Source of the DNA: Octopus vulgaris
Lineage: Eukaryota
NCBI GenBank assembly: GCA_951406725.2
Contig: OX597823.1
Span: 73,904,001 to 73,968,000, forward strand
DNA length: 64,000 nucleotides
Direction of reading: 5' to 3'
This document shows, piece by piece, positions 12,671 through 25,940 of this stretch. The position numbers were made by a program, and so were the translations under genes. The notes under the pieces were generated by a model, which saw nothing but the letters and a program-made list of their open reading frames with translations, was not told the origin of the DNA and searched no databases. How positions within the stretch are numbered: position 1 is the first letter of the stretch; the number at the start of each line of letters is the position of its first letter.

Positions 12671-12784
12671 ACTATCTAATATCCAGTTCCTTAATACCTG
12701 ATCTAAAACCAATTGGTTAGGTCAGAGGAAATGGATCTATAATATTGTATACTATGATATATGTATGTATATCTGTATCTACTT

Positions 12785-13388
12785 CATTTTTGTATCTGGT
12801 TTGCAAGATTCTTTCTGTGAATTCATGTGTTGAGCCAAATCTTGTGTCTAGGGAGAGTCATTATGCTAATATTATTAACATGCATTGGTTCACTTCCACT
12901 GCTTTATTATTAGTCAATTGGTTCAATATCCAACTAACTAATCGATTGTTTAATTTGCTTAAACAGAAAATCATTTGTTTTGTTTTTGTTTGTCAAAGTT
13001 CTTTTGTTGCTACTTATAACCTTTTCAGTGACCTCTTATTGAAAAGGTTGCGAGTTAGTTGGATGTTTAACCGATTAACTAATACTAAAGGAGTAGAATT
13101 GAACCTGTGCATGTGTTAATAATATGACTCTCCCTAAGGCGGCGAGCTGGCAGAAACGTTAGCACGCCAGGCAAATTGCGTTGCCGTATTTCGTCTGCCG
13201 TTACGTTCTGAGTTCAAGTTCCGCCGAGGTCAACTTTGCCTTTCATTCTTCTAAGGTCGATAAATTAAGTACCATTTATGCACTGGGGTCGATATAATCG
13301 ACTTAATCCGTTTGTTTGTCCTTGTTTGTTCTCTGTGTTTACCCCCTTGTGGGTAGTAAAAAAAAAATATGACTCTCCCTAGACACCA
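12785..13388. mobile_element. Foldback copy of repeat family X with SINE A inserted in the right arm
   Basis: gggagagtca...ttaacatgca is inverted at tgcatgtgttaa...tgactctccc. TTGAAAAGGTTGC at 13039. Confidence 0.6.
13138..13365 (+). mobile_element. SINE family A
   Basis: Full length. TSD aatatgactctcccta at 13121-13136 and 13366-13381. Confidence 0.9.
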
Positions 13389-13459
13389 CAATACCCCTCC
13401 CTCCACACATACACATATATTGGTGTCCCAACTCTGCCTTCTTGGAGGTTTCTATCTAT

Positions 13460-13710
13460 GCAAAAATGTAGTCTTACAAACGCTGTATGGTAACAGTGCT
13501 CTCAGCAAGCAAAGGTCTATATATTGGTATAGACTGTTGATTTCAAGTGATGCTATCAAGCTTGTATGAACTCTTTCTCCAATCCAACTTCTAAAGTCTT
13601 TGAGCTTCATGCTGTTGATGAGCTCTAAGGGAAAGATCATTGGCCGAGTTGTGATCAAAGAGATAGAGGATTTTCTGACACCTTGATAGCTTCTGCTTGA
13701 TGTCAAGGCC
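13460..13710 (+). pseudogene. Highly decayed mariner transposase N-terminal (HTH) fragment
   Basis: LQTLYGNSALSKQR..YWYRL and HAVDEL..EDH resemble mariner YGDSALS..VY.W and V.ELI.EDRR. Confidence 0.45.
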
Positions 13711-13764
13711 ATTATTTTGGATTGGGTTTAACAATTTTCAAAACACCTGTCAATCAAATATTTA

Positions 13765-13932
13765 GGCGCAGGAGTGGCTGTGTGTTAAGTAGCTTGCTTA
13801 CCAACCACATAGTTCCGGGTTCAGTTCCACTGTGTGGCACCTTGGGCAAGTGTCTACTACTATAGCCTCAGGCCGACCAAAGCCTTGTGAGTGGATTTGG
13901 TAGACGGAAACTGTAAGAAGCCCGTCGTATAT

Positions 13933-13966
<34 letters not shown>

Positions 13967-14172
13967 GTTTGTGTGTCTGTGTTTGGTCCCCCTCCAACAT
14001 CGCTTGACAACCGATACTGGTGTGTTTACGTCCCCGTCACTTAGCGGTTCGGCAAGAGAGACTGATAGAACAAGTACTAGGCTTACAAAGAATAAGTCCT
14101 GGAGTTGATTTGCTCGACTAAAGGCGGTGCTCCAGCATGGCCGCAGTCAAATGACTGAAACAAATAAAAAAA
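13765..14172 (+). mobile_element. SINE family B
   Basis: Full-length match to the other copies. Confidence 0.9.
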
Positions 14173-15399
14173 AAGTTAAGAGGGCTGATCTTCTTCAAGA
14201 GCCTCACATGCCATGAATGCAAGAACAAAGTGGAGGTTTGTGGATGCATTCCACCTGTCTCTATCGTGCTCGTTGCGGGTTAGGATTTTTTCTGGTTATC
14301 ATACTGAACAAGAAGTCATAAGTGTTATATTTTGCAAACGCTCATACTCTAATAGTGGACAAAGTCAACTTAGCCAGATTATTGTTATTAGTAGACACAA
14401 CATGAAATTAAGGTATTCCAAAGCTAATGGGATAGGGATGGAAATATTCTTAGTGCATTATTGTGAGACATATATCCTGGTTGCACCTACACAAAGAAGA
14501 GTATATGTATGTAATGTAATGTAACACAAAACAAGTGGAATTTCTGAATGACTTAACATTATGAAATCCTGGAGAAACTCATTTACACCTTATTAAGTAT
14601 ATAGAATATTTCTTCGAAACAATCAAACATCTGTAATATATAATCATCCCCATTTCTATGTCATTATTCTTCTAAACTAATTCCTTTTCATAATAAAATG
14701 ACATGATGCTTATGACATGATTGGTAATCCCTTCCAGCTCTGTTCAAGTAGTTCTAATTTATGGAACTGGCTGAACAATTTTTTTTTTGTATTTTTGGTG
14801 GGATCTTTGCCTTAGCACTGCTGTTGGTATCAGTGATACCCTTTCTTAATATTTAGCATTTAAATGTGATTCCTTATTTAAAGATGACAGGGATCTGGTT
14901 TTTATTGTGAACATTTGGCTGCTACATATATTAACAGGTCAAGTGGCTACTTAGACTTTTTCTTATTTGTCTGATGTCAAGAAGGGTATCCTGTTCTAAA
15001 TATGTTAGCTATATTTATGCCATTGTTTGAACTTTACACTAGGGGTGATTGTAGGTCAATTCATAGAATGATAACACCAACTGACATAGAAAACAAAATA
15101 AATTAAATTAAAAAAAAACAACAAATACTGCTGTCTCGTAAGTTTGAAAGTTAAGCCTATTGTTGGATACATTTAGAGAACTAATTCCAAAGTGAATTTT
15201 ACTCTATCGACTCTAGCTTTAACGATATAACATACTTCTTTTATTGTTTATTGAAATTAGAAATCCCTGTTACACATTACATTTTAGTGGTAAAGCAGTC
15301 AGATCTATTCATCACTATATTTAGGATACTGATTTTAAAAACTGTATCAATTTCCCCCCTCTATGCTACAGTTAATTAATGATCTACTGTTTTGTTACA

Positions 15400-16860
15400 A
15401 AACTGTAACCCAAAAATAAACTTATAAAATGATTAGTTATTCTACACATAAGTTTCTTTCGTACTTCTTTCTAGATTGAGATTTACCAGAACAGTCTTGC
15501 TGCAAATTCCAGCAGTACTGCTGTTACCTATCTTACCTTTCTTTTGCTATCTCTTTCCTGTTGTTTTTATATCTTGATGAAATCTTTCTCATTACACTTT
15601 AATTAAATCACCAAGCTGTCATTGAAGGCTATTGAAGTGTCTGTGAAAGTAATGAACTTTGATGTTCAAGTTAATCTATTTATATATATACAGCCAAATA
15701 TATCAAAATTTGAGAGCATGTCCTCTACTAATTTAGAATAGTTTTCTGCTTTATGGTTGCTAAGAAAGATTTCGACAGTGAGAACAAGCAAGGACCTTGC
15801 ACAAAAAGATTTTAAGGGCTTGTGCCCACAAATTAGTCAAAAGCAAGTCTTGTAATATTAATTAGTCAGCAAAAACTGTGTTGTCAGTGTAATCCATGTT
15901 TGTTCTGAATATTTAAAAAAACAGTGACAAAATGACTGAACTCTGATGTAATCAAATTAAACATTAACAATGAGAACAGCAGTTTGTGAGCAGTGTAAAA
16001 TGTTGGCCTTTAGAAGAGCTGAATTAAATATTTAACAGAGTCCAGTTTAACAATAGATTTTGCTGGACTATAGAATTGACCTGTGGAAGATGGTTTGGAA
16101 TTTGATTAGAATGTCATCACACTGAATTAAATATAAATATTCTGATTGGTTGTTAAAGCCTGTGCTGAATTCGCCCTCAGAATACTTATTACTTGGATGG
16201 AAATGTCAGAAGAAAACAAAAAGAGCAATATACATCACAACAATGTCAAACCTGACCTAAATGAATTATGCAGTTACTCCAAGAGACTAGTTTTATTGGT
16301 AAGACTGCATGCAATATGATCAAGAATTCATGAGCCTGGAAGGATAAAAGTGAAATCTATTAGTCCTTCATCATTGCATTTTGCCATTCTTATTCAATAA
16401 ATCCAAATTTCTCCATCACAATCCAAATTCTCTTTTGTTAACTATCCAAACAATGTTAACAACCCAGTATTAACTGTTCTATGCTCATTTGCATAATCAA
16501 CATTCCCTCGTGTCTTTTTGTATTCTTTCATGATTCTACATCCTAAACCTTGATGTTCAGTTTTGGTGGCAGATGGGGTGTGTAAGCACTCAGTTGGAAG
16601 AACCAGGTTTAACTCATCAGGCATGCATCCTTTTTTAACTTCTCTCTTGCTGAATGCACTTCTCCTCCATATATTCAATTCCCCTCTAACAGTAACATTG
16701 TCAAAGTGATCAGGGGGCAGCAATAGCTTTCATTTTGAAGGGTTGATGTTGCCCCTTTCTCTAAGTGTTTTTCATGCCTTATTAAAGTTATCTCTACAGA
16801 TTTACTGTAGAAATTATAGCCAGCACTGATTTTGTTACGCCTTTTTGTATCTGAGATGCT
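15400..16860 (-). mobile_element. Possible ancient LINE remnant (APE and RT)
   Basis: Faint motifs in the expected order: ISDTK..ISAGYNFY, NVTVRGELNIW (GDFN-like) and DYTDNT (YADD-like). Confidence 0.3.
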
Positions 16861-16864
16861 TAGT

Positions 16865-16958
16865 GTAAACAACAGTAATGAGGTCAAAGATGAAAAATGG
16901 GTAATGGGCATATAGACCCCGTTACCCATTTTTCATTTTCGATCTCATTGTTGTTTAC
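16865..16958. repeat. ~94-bp hairpin / mini-MITE
   Basis: gtaaacaac...atgaaaaatgggtaatggg pairs with cccgttacccatttttcat...gttgtttac. Confidence 0.7.
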
Positions 16959-16959
16959 G

Positions 16960-17250
16960 AGCGTGATCTTCGCCAGAGCAACAAACAGGCCTCTGTGCCA
17001 GTGGCACACTAAAAAGCACCATTCGAGCATGATCGTTACCTGTGTTGCCTTACTGGCACTTGTGCTGGCGGCACTTGAAAAAACATTCAAGCGAGGTCGT
17101 TGCCAGTGCTGCTGGACTGGTTGCTGTGCAAGTGGCATATAAAAAGCATCATTTGAGCGTGGCTGTTGCCAGTACCGCCTGACTGGCCCTCGTGCCGGTG
17201 GCATGTAAAAGTACCCGTCACACTGTCGGAGTGGTTGGTGTTAGGAAGGA
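16960..17250 (+). mobile_element. Family E body with internal tandem units
   Basis: Repeated gtgccagtggca..taaaaagcaccattcgagc, ending gttaggaagg. Confidence 0.55.
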
Positions 17251-18654
17251 TATCTGTATAAGTCTATTGGAACATGACATGTCTTGTTCTAAATCCTACT
17301 AAAACCTAGACAAGTATCAGCTTGACAGCTTTACATTCTCTTATGTGACATTGGGTGTTTTTCTTTTATTTTTCTTCCATCTTTTCTTTTGTACCTTTCC
17401 GGTTCCTTGTTTATGTGATGTCCTTTCAGCTGTGAACATAGCTTAACGCACTTGGCATTCTACTTTGATATCATTTACTGTGACTTGTAAATAAAATTTT
17501 GATGAATCTACGGATTCTGGTTCTCCTGATTTTATATGATTGGATCTTCCTCTTCAACATTCTTATGTCCTCACTATCCATCAGATATTATATGCTCTAC
17601 ATTTTGTGTGTGTGTGTGTGTATGCATGTGTGTATATATCTACACATGTACATATGTATGTATGTATGCATGCATAATGTGTGTGTGTGTTTAGTTAGCT
17701 AGCTTTGTTTTTAAACTAAAGGGCATAGTGTATTGCAGATGTGAATTTATTCAATTTGGCAGATGAATTTGGAATGGAACGGAAATTCCACAGGTGAAAA
17801 TCCTGGTTTAACATAAGTGAGTAAAAATTAACAGCTAAATGCTTATGAAAATCAATTTGAAAAGGTTGTCTCTTTCAGTTTGTTTTACCTGCCTTTCTCT
17901 TATCCATCAAAGAGTTTTTAATCATCATGCATTTAGATTAAATTGTTCCTTGGATAAAGACATAACAAAATACAAAATACCTTGTTGTTGTTTAGCTCCA
18001 GGTCAAACGGATTTGTGATCAGCAGCAGTGGCCGTCTTGTTTTTAAAATTTTTCTTGAAAACTGTATCTTGTTTTTTTTTCTTTTCTGAAGGTAATAGGC
18101 TGTGATTTTGGGGGTTAGCCACATTGACACATTGTTTCACAGCTGGATGCTTTTCCTGTCATTAATATTTACCTGTTTTTCAAGTAGGCTATCTCTTCTC
18201 TCTCATGTCTTTCAAGACATGAAGTCATCTTCTGTTGATTTGTTAATCAGAAAAGTGCTAAGGCCACCACTGATAGCAGGTGACTTTCATAGAGCACATA
18301 TATAAACATACACACCCATTCTCCGTGCTCAGTCTCATAGACATGTGCACACACACACACACACTTTTTACGGAACAACAGGAGAAATATTACTAAGTGC
18401 ATGAGTATGCATGTATTTTACTCTGCTGCTTAAAAAAATGAGCAAGCATGTATGTGTGTGTGTGTATTTTCATGTGCATATTCTGTTTATGCTTTTTCAG
18501 TTTGCTTACTGTTGTGGGCCTTAACTATTGATGACCCTCAGCTCTGAAGCATAAGTGAGACCTGTGTCAGTCACACAGGACGACACAATTGTAGCAATTC
18601 AGGAGCGTATACACTATAAGCTTTGCAGTGAGGCTCCTAACCACGCAAAAATTC

Positions 18655-19071
18655 GGATCTTTTCGGTTTGAACAGCAGTTATTTCTAGCGGTGTCATATG
18701 AAATTGTCACCTATAATTATGACCCTAGTATCGATCTATTGCATTTCAATCGGTTTTAGGGTTAAGGTTAGTTAGGGTTAGGGGTGGGGGGAAGGGTATC
18801 TTTTTTTCTTCACAAATGTAAATAAACCCAATCTGTTTTTAAACGAGGGACATATTCATACGGCACAGAATGTTTTTTAACTCAATACACGTAATTGATT
18901 GGTTGAAATTGCAGAAATTGAAGAAAAAATACAACAAATATCTTACAGACTATAGAATTTTCTCAATAAAGCCACGCGAAAAAGATGTTTTATAAACACA
19001 TTCTACCAGTAAACGAATTTTAAAATTTTTTAGTTACCTAGAAATTATGTTAAAAGCTGCCGAAAAGATCC
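18655..19071. mobile_element. Non-autonomous DNA transposon (Merlin-like)
   Basis: TIR GGATCTTTTCGG / CCGAAAAGATCC. Perfect 8-bp TSD aaaaattc at 18647-18654 and 19072-19079. Internal TTAGGG-like run. Decayed relative at about 55590-55826. Confidence 0.75.
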
Positions 19072-19245
19072 AAAAATTCAACTATTTGGGTCATATCCAA
19101 AATGTTGGAGAATGTTTTTCTCCGTTTTTTCTCTTTTGTTGCTCTCGGCACTTCTAACCCTTTCCTTCCTATCACCCTTTCATGCCCATACATTGTTATC
19201 TGTAATTTTATTCCATTGTTTCATTTTTAACATTTCTACTTGCAG

Positions 19246-19301
19246 TGTGGCAGAAACTGAAGTTAAATAAAGAAACCGAGAGATGGAAACCAGATACTGA
19301 A
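19246..19301 (+). CDS. SF3A3: SF3A3 penultimate coding exon
   Basis: Acceptor catttctacttgcag, donor GTAAGA. 56 nt, phase-compatible with the previous exon: (L)WQKLKLNKETERWKPDTE, compare human LWAKLKLQKASERWQPDTE. Confidence 0.95.
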
Positions 19302-19616
19302 GTAAGAGGCCTTATCATCCATTTGCAGTTTCTCTTCCCCGTCTTAAACCTCCTGACCTCACTATCTCATTCTCTTTCCCTTACCCCCACCCCACCACCA
19401 CCATCCAACCCATGGCCTGTCTTTTCATTTATCCATTTATATTTTATCTCTTTCATTGTTCTCCTCTCTGCCTCTTTGCTACATCATCATCATCATCATC
19501 ATCTCTTCACTATCAACCTCTACTCTTTATTGATTGCACTGTAATTATCCCCCAAATAATCACTATCACTATTTTAGACATTCACACACACCCACAAACA
19601 CACACACACACACACG

Positions 19617-19658
<42 letters not shown>

Positions 19659-20080
19659 TATCAGATGCCTATGGGGCATCAATTTTGTAATCATTAACCT
19701 AAATGTCATCAGTTTCTTCTCTCCTCACCTCCCCTTTCCAACGCTGTTGTCTGGAAACATCTTTTTGGAAAACCATCTTCTTTGCCTGAGCCACATGTTC
19801 ACATATTGTGTGCTCTTCTCAACTAACCATTTATCATTGTCTGGCATTCTTCCTTATTTTTTTTGTCTTCCTCTTATTATATCTTATGCAAAATACCATC
19901 ATCATTATTATTATTGTTGTTGTTAACTTTACACCTGCTTATCGGGGTTTACAGCAGTGTTTGGAACAGGAGATTCCCTTGTGGGGGCTGTTCTGAGTTC
20001 AAATCTTACCAAAGTGTGATTTCTTTTGTGGGCTGATTTAATTAAGGCTTAATCTAAATAATAAGGAAAAGGAGTGATAC

Positions 20081-20301
20081 CTGTTTCTTTATTATCCACA
20101 AGGGGCTAAACATAGAGGGGTAAACAAGGACAGACAAACGGATTAAGTCGATTACATCAACCCTAGTGCGTAACTGGTACTTAATTTATCGACCCCGAAA
20201 GGATGAAAGGCAAAGTCGACCTTGGCGGAATTTGAACTCAGAACGTAACGACAGACGAAATGCGGCTACGCATATCGCCCGGCATGCTAACATTCTGCCA
20301 G
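20081..20301 (-). mobile_element. SINE family A
   Basis: Reverse complement of the family. TSD agtgatacc. Confidence 0.85.
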
Positions 20302-20454
20302 TGATACCATTATATGCCAGTGTTACACATGCACACATACACACATGCACGCACACACACAAACACAGACTGACATCACCATCTTCATTTTGTTATTATT
20401 TAATGTCTACTTTTCATACTGGCATTGGTTGGATGGTTTAACAGGAACCTGTAT

Positions 20455-20721
20455 GTTTGTTCCTTCTCGAGCCATGCCTGGCCGGTTTCCCGGTTTCCTT
20501 GGCATATAAGTTTGCCACCTGGACGGTATGCCAGTCCATCGCAGGGGAGCTGCAAGATGCAGGAGGAAAGAGTGAGAGAAAGGTGTGGTGAAAGAGTCAG
20601 CAGAAGTTCGCCATAACCTTCTGCCGGAGCTTCCAAAGAATAAGTCCTGGGATCGATTTGCTCGACTAAAGGTGGTGCTCCAGCATGCCTGCAGTCAAAT
20701 GACTGAAACAAGTAAAAGAGT
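20455..20721. mobile_element. SINE D fragment (-) joined to SINE B 3' end (+)
   Basis: 20455-20632 matches 60477-60680; 20636-20721 matches the SINE B tail. Confidence 0.75.
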
Positions 20722-20736
20722 ATATATATATATATA

Positions 20737-21125
20737 CTAGCAGTATCGCCCGGCGTTGCTCAGGTTTGTAAGGGAAATAACTATAAAGCATTTTTAGAGA
20801 GTTATAGCCAAAAAAAAATAGCAAAAAAATGGAAAAAAAAATGATGGTAAATTTTTTTTGAGAGTTAAAACAGGTGGAGTTGCGTCCCCTAGACGGTCTC
20901 TGGTTTGGGTTTCTCATTCTCGACCCCATGTCGAATTTATCGATTTTTTTCAGAACTGGGGGAACTTTTCAAAATTTTCGCTGCGTTAGTTTTGAATTAT
21001 GACATTGGGCTATGTGTGTGTCAAGTTTCATCAGAATCGGTTGAAAGCCGTGGTCAGAGTGAGGGTACGAGAAAACAGACACACAGAAACACGCACAGAC
21101 AAACTGCCGTTTATATAGAGAGAGA
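20737..21125 (-). mobile_element. Non-autonomous Helitron
   Basis: Minus strand TC start. 3' end cctgagcaacgccgggcgatactgCTAG, inserted in a (TA)n tract. Confidence 0.8.
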
Positions 21126-21277
21126 TATATGTGTATACATACACACACACACACACACACTCACTAACATATATAGGTACATGTTTGTGTGTATATTTTA
21201 CCCTTGAAGAATGAAAAGCAAGTTTGACCATAGCAAGTTTAAAAATCAGAATACAAAGGGCATTACCAAATATTGGT

Positions 21278-21403
21278 AAAATCCAGAATCCCAGCAAATA
21301 AATTATGGTCTGTGATGGCATAAGTTAGTCCAGAGGAAAGTCCAGTATGTTCAGTTGTCTTTAGAAGGTAAAGAATCTAATATTTTGAGCTGTTGCTCTT
21401 TGT
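21278..21403. repeat. ~125-bp dispersed direct repeat, second copy at 24239-24364
   Basis: aaatccagaatcc...tattttgagctgttgctctttgt appears in both places. Confidence 0.8.
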
Positions 21404-22301
21404 TTGGGAGTGAAATAAACAGAGAAATCCTGTAGTCACATCAATGCCAATTGCTTCCTCTTTTCCTCACTCTCTGAGAAAGAGAAAAAGTGAGAAGCCT
21501 ATGATTTTCTATTCTTCATGTCAGCTTGAGTTGTCTGAAGTTTATTTGTTGTTTCCTGTTGACTAACAACTACAAATACTGTTTCTTTTGATTCTTTACT
21601 CTGTGCATGTGAGTCTTTGTGATTGTCCCCACCACCACCACCACCACCTCTTGACAACAGGGTGTCAGTTTGTTTACATCCCTGTAACCTAGCAGTTCAG
21701 CAGAAAAGACTGATAGAATAAGTATGTATCAGACTTAAAAATAAGTACAGGGATCAATTTATTTGACCAAAAGTTTCAAGTTGGTGCTCCAGCTTAGCCA
21801 CAGTCCATTGACTGGAACAAATAAAAGATAAAAGAAGGCAAAATGTATCTGCGGACATATGGCTCTAATTTGTAGCTGGTTGATTGACCTTATGGAGGCT
21901 GCTTTATTATTGTTTTTGTTGGTGGTGGTAGTTATGTGAAAGCAGAGGAAGGACAAGGAAGAGTTTTATATTCTGTACAGTAATGCAGGCTATAGTACAA
22001 TGCACTACATTAGTATACAGTGTGAAACATCAATAAATAAGCTAAATGATGTTGAAATTTTTGTCAGCCTGGGCACAATTTGTCTGGAGTTAAACTTTTG
22101 CTTCATTCATAGATTACTATCTGAGAAGCTAGTAGTTATAAGAGCACCACCACCACCGACAACAACACTAATAACATCATCAACACTATCAGCAGGACAC
22201 GAGCCATGCTGCTATAAGCAGACAGCAAATCATCATAAAAGCTGACATCGACTGGACTGGATTTCATTATCTAGTAACAGTTGGAATGGTTATTTGGTGT
22301 G

Positions 22302-22332
<31 letters not shown>

Positions 22333-22477
22333 ATAAATCAAAGCTCATAACATAGCTTTTCTCAGTGATCAGTAATGACAGTGCTACCTATGTATTATTC
22401 ATTTCTTTATTACTGGATGTTGATGCTGCTTTTACCGGAAATATTACAAACTTCATTCTGCTACCCCCAAATATCCA

Positions 22478-22503
22478 TATATATACTTGTATGTATGTGT
22501 GTA

Positions 22504-22560
<57 letters not shown>

Positions 22561-22687
22561 ATATATATGTATGTATGTATATATATATGTATGTATGTAT
22601 ATATATATGTATGTATGTATATATATATATATATGTATGTATGTATGTATATATGTATGTATGTATGTATATATGTATGTATGTATG

Positions 22688-22721
<34 letters not shown>

Positions 22722-22996
22722 TATATATATGTATGTATGTATGTATATATATATGTATGTATGTATATATATATGTATGTATGTATATATATATGTATGT
22801 ATGTATATATATATGTATGTATGTATGTATATATATATGTATGTATGTATGTATATATATATATATGTATGTATGTATGTATATATATATGTATGTATGT
22901 ATATATATATGTATGTATGTATATATATATGTATATATATATATATATGTATGTATGTATATATATATATATATAAATATATATATATATGTATGT
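22478..22996. repeat. (TA)n/(TATG)n microsatellite
   Basis: Read directly. Confidence 0.97.
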
Positions 22997-23297
22997 ACGT
23001 TAATAAACACATGTGCGCACACAAGACTGTCTGTACAAGCAGACATATTTTCACACACCCACACATACATATATGTATGTAGACGTAATATGAAATATGT
23101 GTGTGTGTGTCAATGTATGCATGCATGCATAATATAGAGGTATTAACACAGATAATAAATATAAGCATGTGTATATGTTTTTGTATATGTCTATATACAA
23201 CCACATATATTGACACACATAACATGTTCCCATATATTTCTGAATATTGTGTTTATGTATTGATCTATGTATTAGCATATATGATTTTTCTAAGTGG

Positions 23298-23330
<33 letters not shown>

Positions 23331-23635
23331 AGACCGGGAGAAAATGTATATATTACCATGTATACAACACCCACAGACATATACATACATCTATAATCAG
23401 TCATTTGATAGCATTGTCAAAAATGATGGTTGGAGCCTGTAATAGAGTGCTTATTGTTGAGCCAGATTAATTCTGATCTGTGTTCACAAATCATATTATA
23501 TACCCCAGATTGTTCGCTTCATTACTTGTTTGTTGAACTATTCTGTCTTCTCTACCACGCATCTATAACTTATTGCAGCTATACATTCAATTTCCGTCTT
23601 ATTTTTCTCAATTTCATACTTGAGACTGAGAGAGT

Positions 23636-24040
23636 TCGAGTCAAGTCAAGCTGAAGCCTTCCATAACTTGTTCTGCAAATCCTATCTGCTCCCACACATA
23701 CACCTTTTGTTGTAAGGCACATTGAACAGAAGTCTATATATTCTACCTACCACACCTCATGTTGCGGGGCACGTCAGTTAAAAACCTATGTACTGCCTCA
23801 CATATTGTGGTACTTTGGAGTCAAGCCAACTTGAAACTTTCCATAACTTGTTTTGCAAATCGTATCTGCTCCCGCACATACACCTTTTGTTGTAAGGCAC
23901 ATTGAACAGAAGTCTATATATTCTACCACACCTTATGTTGTGGAGCACGTCAGTTAAAAAAGCTATGTACTGCCTCACATATTGTGGTACTTTGGACAAA
24001 AACCTATGTATTGCCACACATCTTGTGTTGTGTTGTGAGG
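23636..24040. repeat. Tandem duplication, ~180-bp unit
   Basis: gagtcaag...ttccataacttgtt...cacattgaacagaagtc...cagttaaaaa occurs twice, plus a partial third unit. Confidence 0.85.
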
Positions 24041-24746
24041 TACATTGGAGAATAACCCTGTCTCCCACTCTCCTCCTTGTTGTTTAATCCCAATTCAATT
24101 CTAGCTGAATAAACCTTTGGTCAAAAGCATACTATTTGTGCATCATGGAGTTTGCTTTTGCTCAGGGAGAGAAATAGTTTGTACCCACTGAGATATTAAT
24201 ATCTATCCTTTCCTTATACTTTTTACTGTGCTTATATTAAAATCCAGAATCCAAGGAAATAAAGCATGGTCTGTGATGGCAAAAGTTAGTCCATAGGAAA
24301 GTGCAGTATGTTCAGTTGTCTTGAGAAGATGAAGAATCTAATATTTTGAGCTGTTGCTCTTTGTCCAGCATTAATTTGACACCTTATATAACATGAACTA
24401 TCAAGATATATCTAGTGAACCATCTATGCAGTTTCTTGGCATTCAGAAGTGTTGTAGGATTTCAAGTTTCTGTCTCTCAATGTGATATCCTATTTCTATT
24501 TCTTATCTATTGTATATCCAGTTCTTTGTACTGAATATACAGTGTCCTTTTGCTTCCTACTCTATTCCTACATATTGAAGAAGGCTACTTTGCAGTGGAA
24601 CTAGGATTTTATGCTCTGAGTTACTACCTCAGTCAACCTTTTGCCATATTAGTCTTTTGGGCTCTTAACCATTCTTTGAAGCATTTTCTGCATCCCTTTG
24701 ATTGATTTTGCTGAGATTCAAGTCAACAACATATATATATATAAAT

Positions 24747-24805
<59 letters not shown>

Positions 24806-24814
24806 GTTAAGCTT

Positions 24815-25033
24815 TACGAGGGGCAGGTGCGCTGAAATGTTTCTGGGTTTGGTTAAAAAAAAATTCAGGAGGATCAATTAAGATTTTACCCAACATATTC
24901 CCCTCTCAGATTCACACTTATTGCATTGGTCCTTCAGTTTTTGTAAGCCTTGTAAAAGAACTCAGAAAGTTAGGCCTCTAACCAGGCCTTTCATGATACC
25001 CTTAAAGCCACAAACTTTTCAGGACCCCCTTAT
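24815..25033. mobile_element. Mariner-derived MITE (sister of 11811-12030)
   Basis: TA-cgagggg...ccccctta-TA. Internal sequence is the reverse complement of the first copy. Confidence 0.65.
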
Positions 25034-25161
25034 AATACATAAACAGTTATTCTGTGCAAACATTTCTGTGTCTTTCATATATATATAAATGCAGAGAATT
25101 AAACAATTTCACCCATATGATAAACACTTAGACTGGTTTTAATTAGACAAAAGGCATATAT

Positions 25162-25363
25162 ACTCTTTTACTCGTTTCAGTCATTTGACTGTGGCCATGC
25201 TGGAGCATCGCCTTTAATCGAGCAAATCGCCCCCAGGACTTATTCTTTGTAAGCCTAGTACTTATTCTAGCGGTCTCTTTTGCCGAACCGCTAAGTTACG
25301 GGGATGTAAACACATCAGCATCGGTTGTCAAGTGATGTTGGGGGGGGGACAAACATATACACG

Positions 25364-25417
<54 letters not shown>

Positions 25418-25581
25418 TACAATGGGCTTCTTTCAGTTTCCTTCCACCAAATCCACTCACAAGGCTTTGGTTGGCCTGAGGCTATAGTAGAAAGCACTTG
25501 CCCAAGGTGCCACGCAGTGGGACTGAACCCGGTACAATGCAGTTCGTAAGCAGGCTACTTACCACACAGCCACTCCTATGC
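25162..25581 (-). mobile_element. SINE family B
   Basis: Full-length reverse-complement match. Confidence 0.9.
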
Positions 25582-25940
25582 ATATGTAAATAAATATTTG
25601 ATGCATTTTCAAACTTTTCTCAGTATTTTCCCTACACATATATATGAGCCAAAAGGGCCATCTTAAACACTAACCTATACTCTGACTTCCCCGCTGAATT
25701 CCCTGCCACTTCTAGCCTTTCTTATAGCACTGTCAAGCATTGTATGAATAACTTTTAAGAACCATGTTCAGTTTATAATGTACCCATTAAGATACGTTGC
25801 ATGGAAATCCTTTCAAGAGGCTTCTTTATTTTAACATCTGCAAAGTAGATTGCTTCATTGTGAAAGGAAAGGTTGTTTTGTGGCTGTTTCACTAAATCTA
25901 GCTGTGCATGTAATTTTGTTATTCGATTTCTCTATTTCAG

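Noticed and set aside
18555-18645. Two hairpins suggestive of an H/ACA snoRNA
   Set aside because: The first hairpin is too short and there is no terminal ACA box.
18755-18791. Interstitial telomere
   Set aside because: The short degenerate TTAGGG run is internal to a TIR element.
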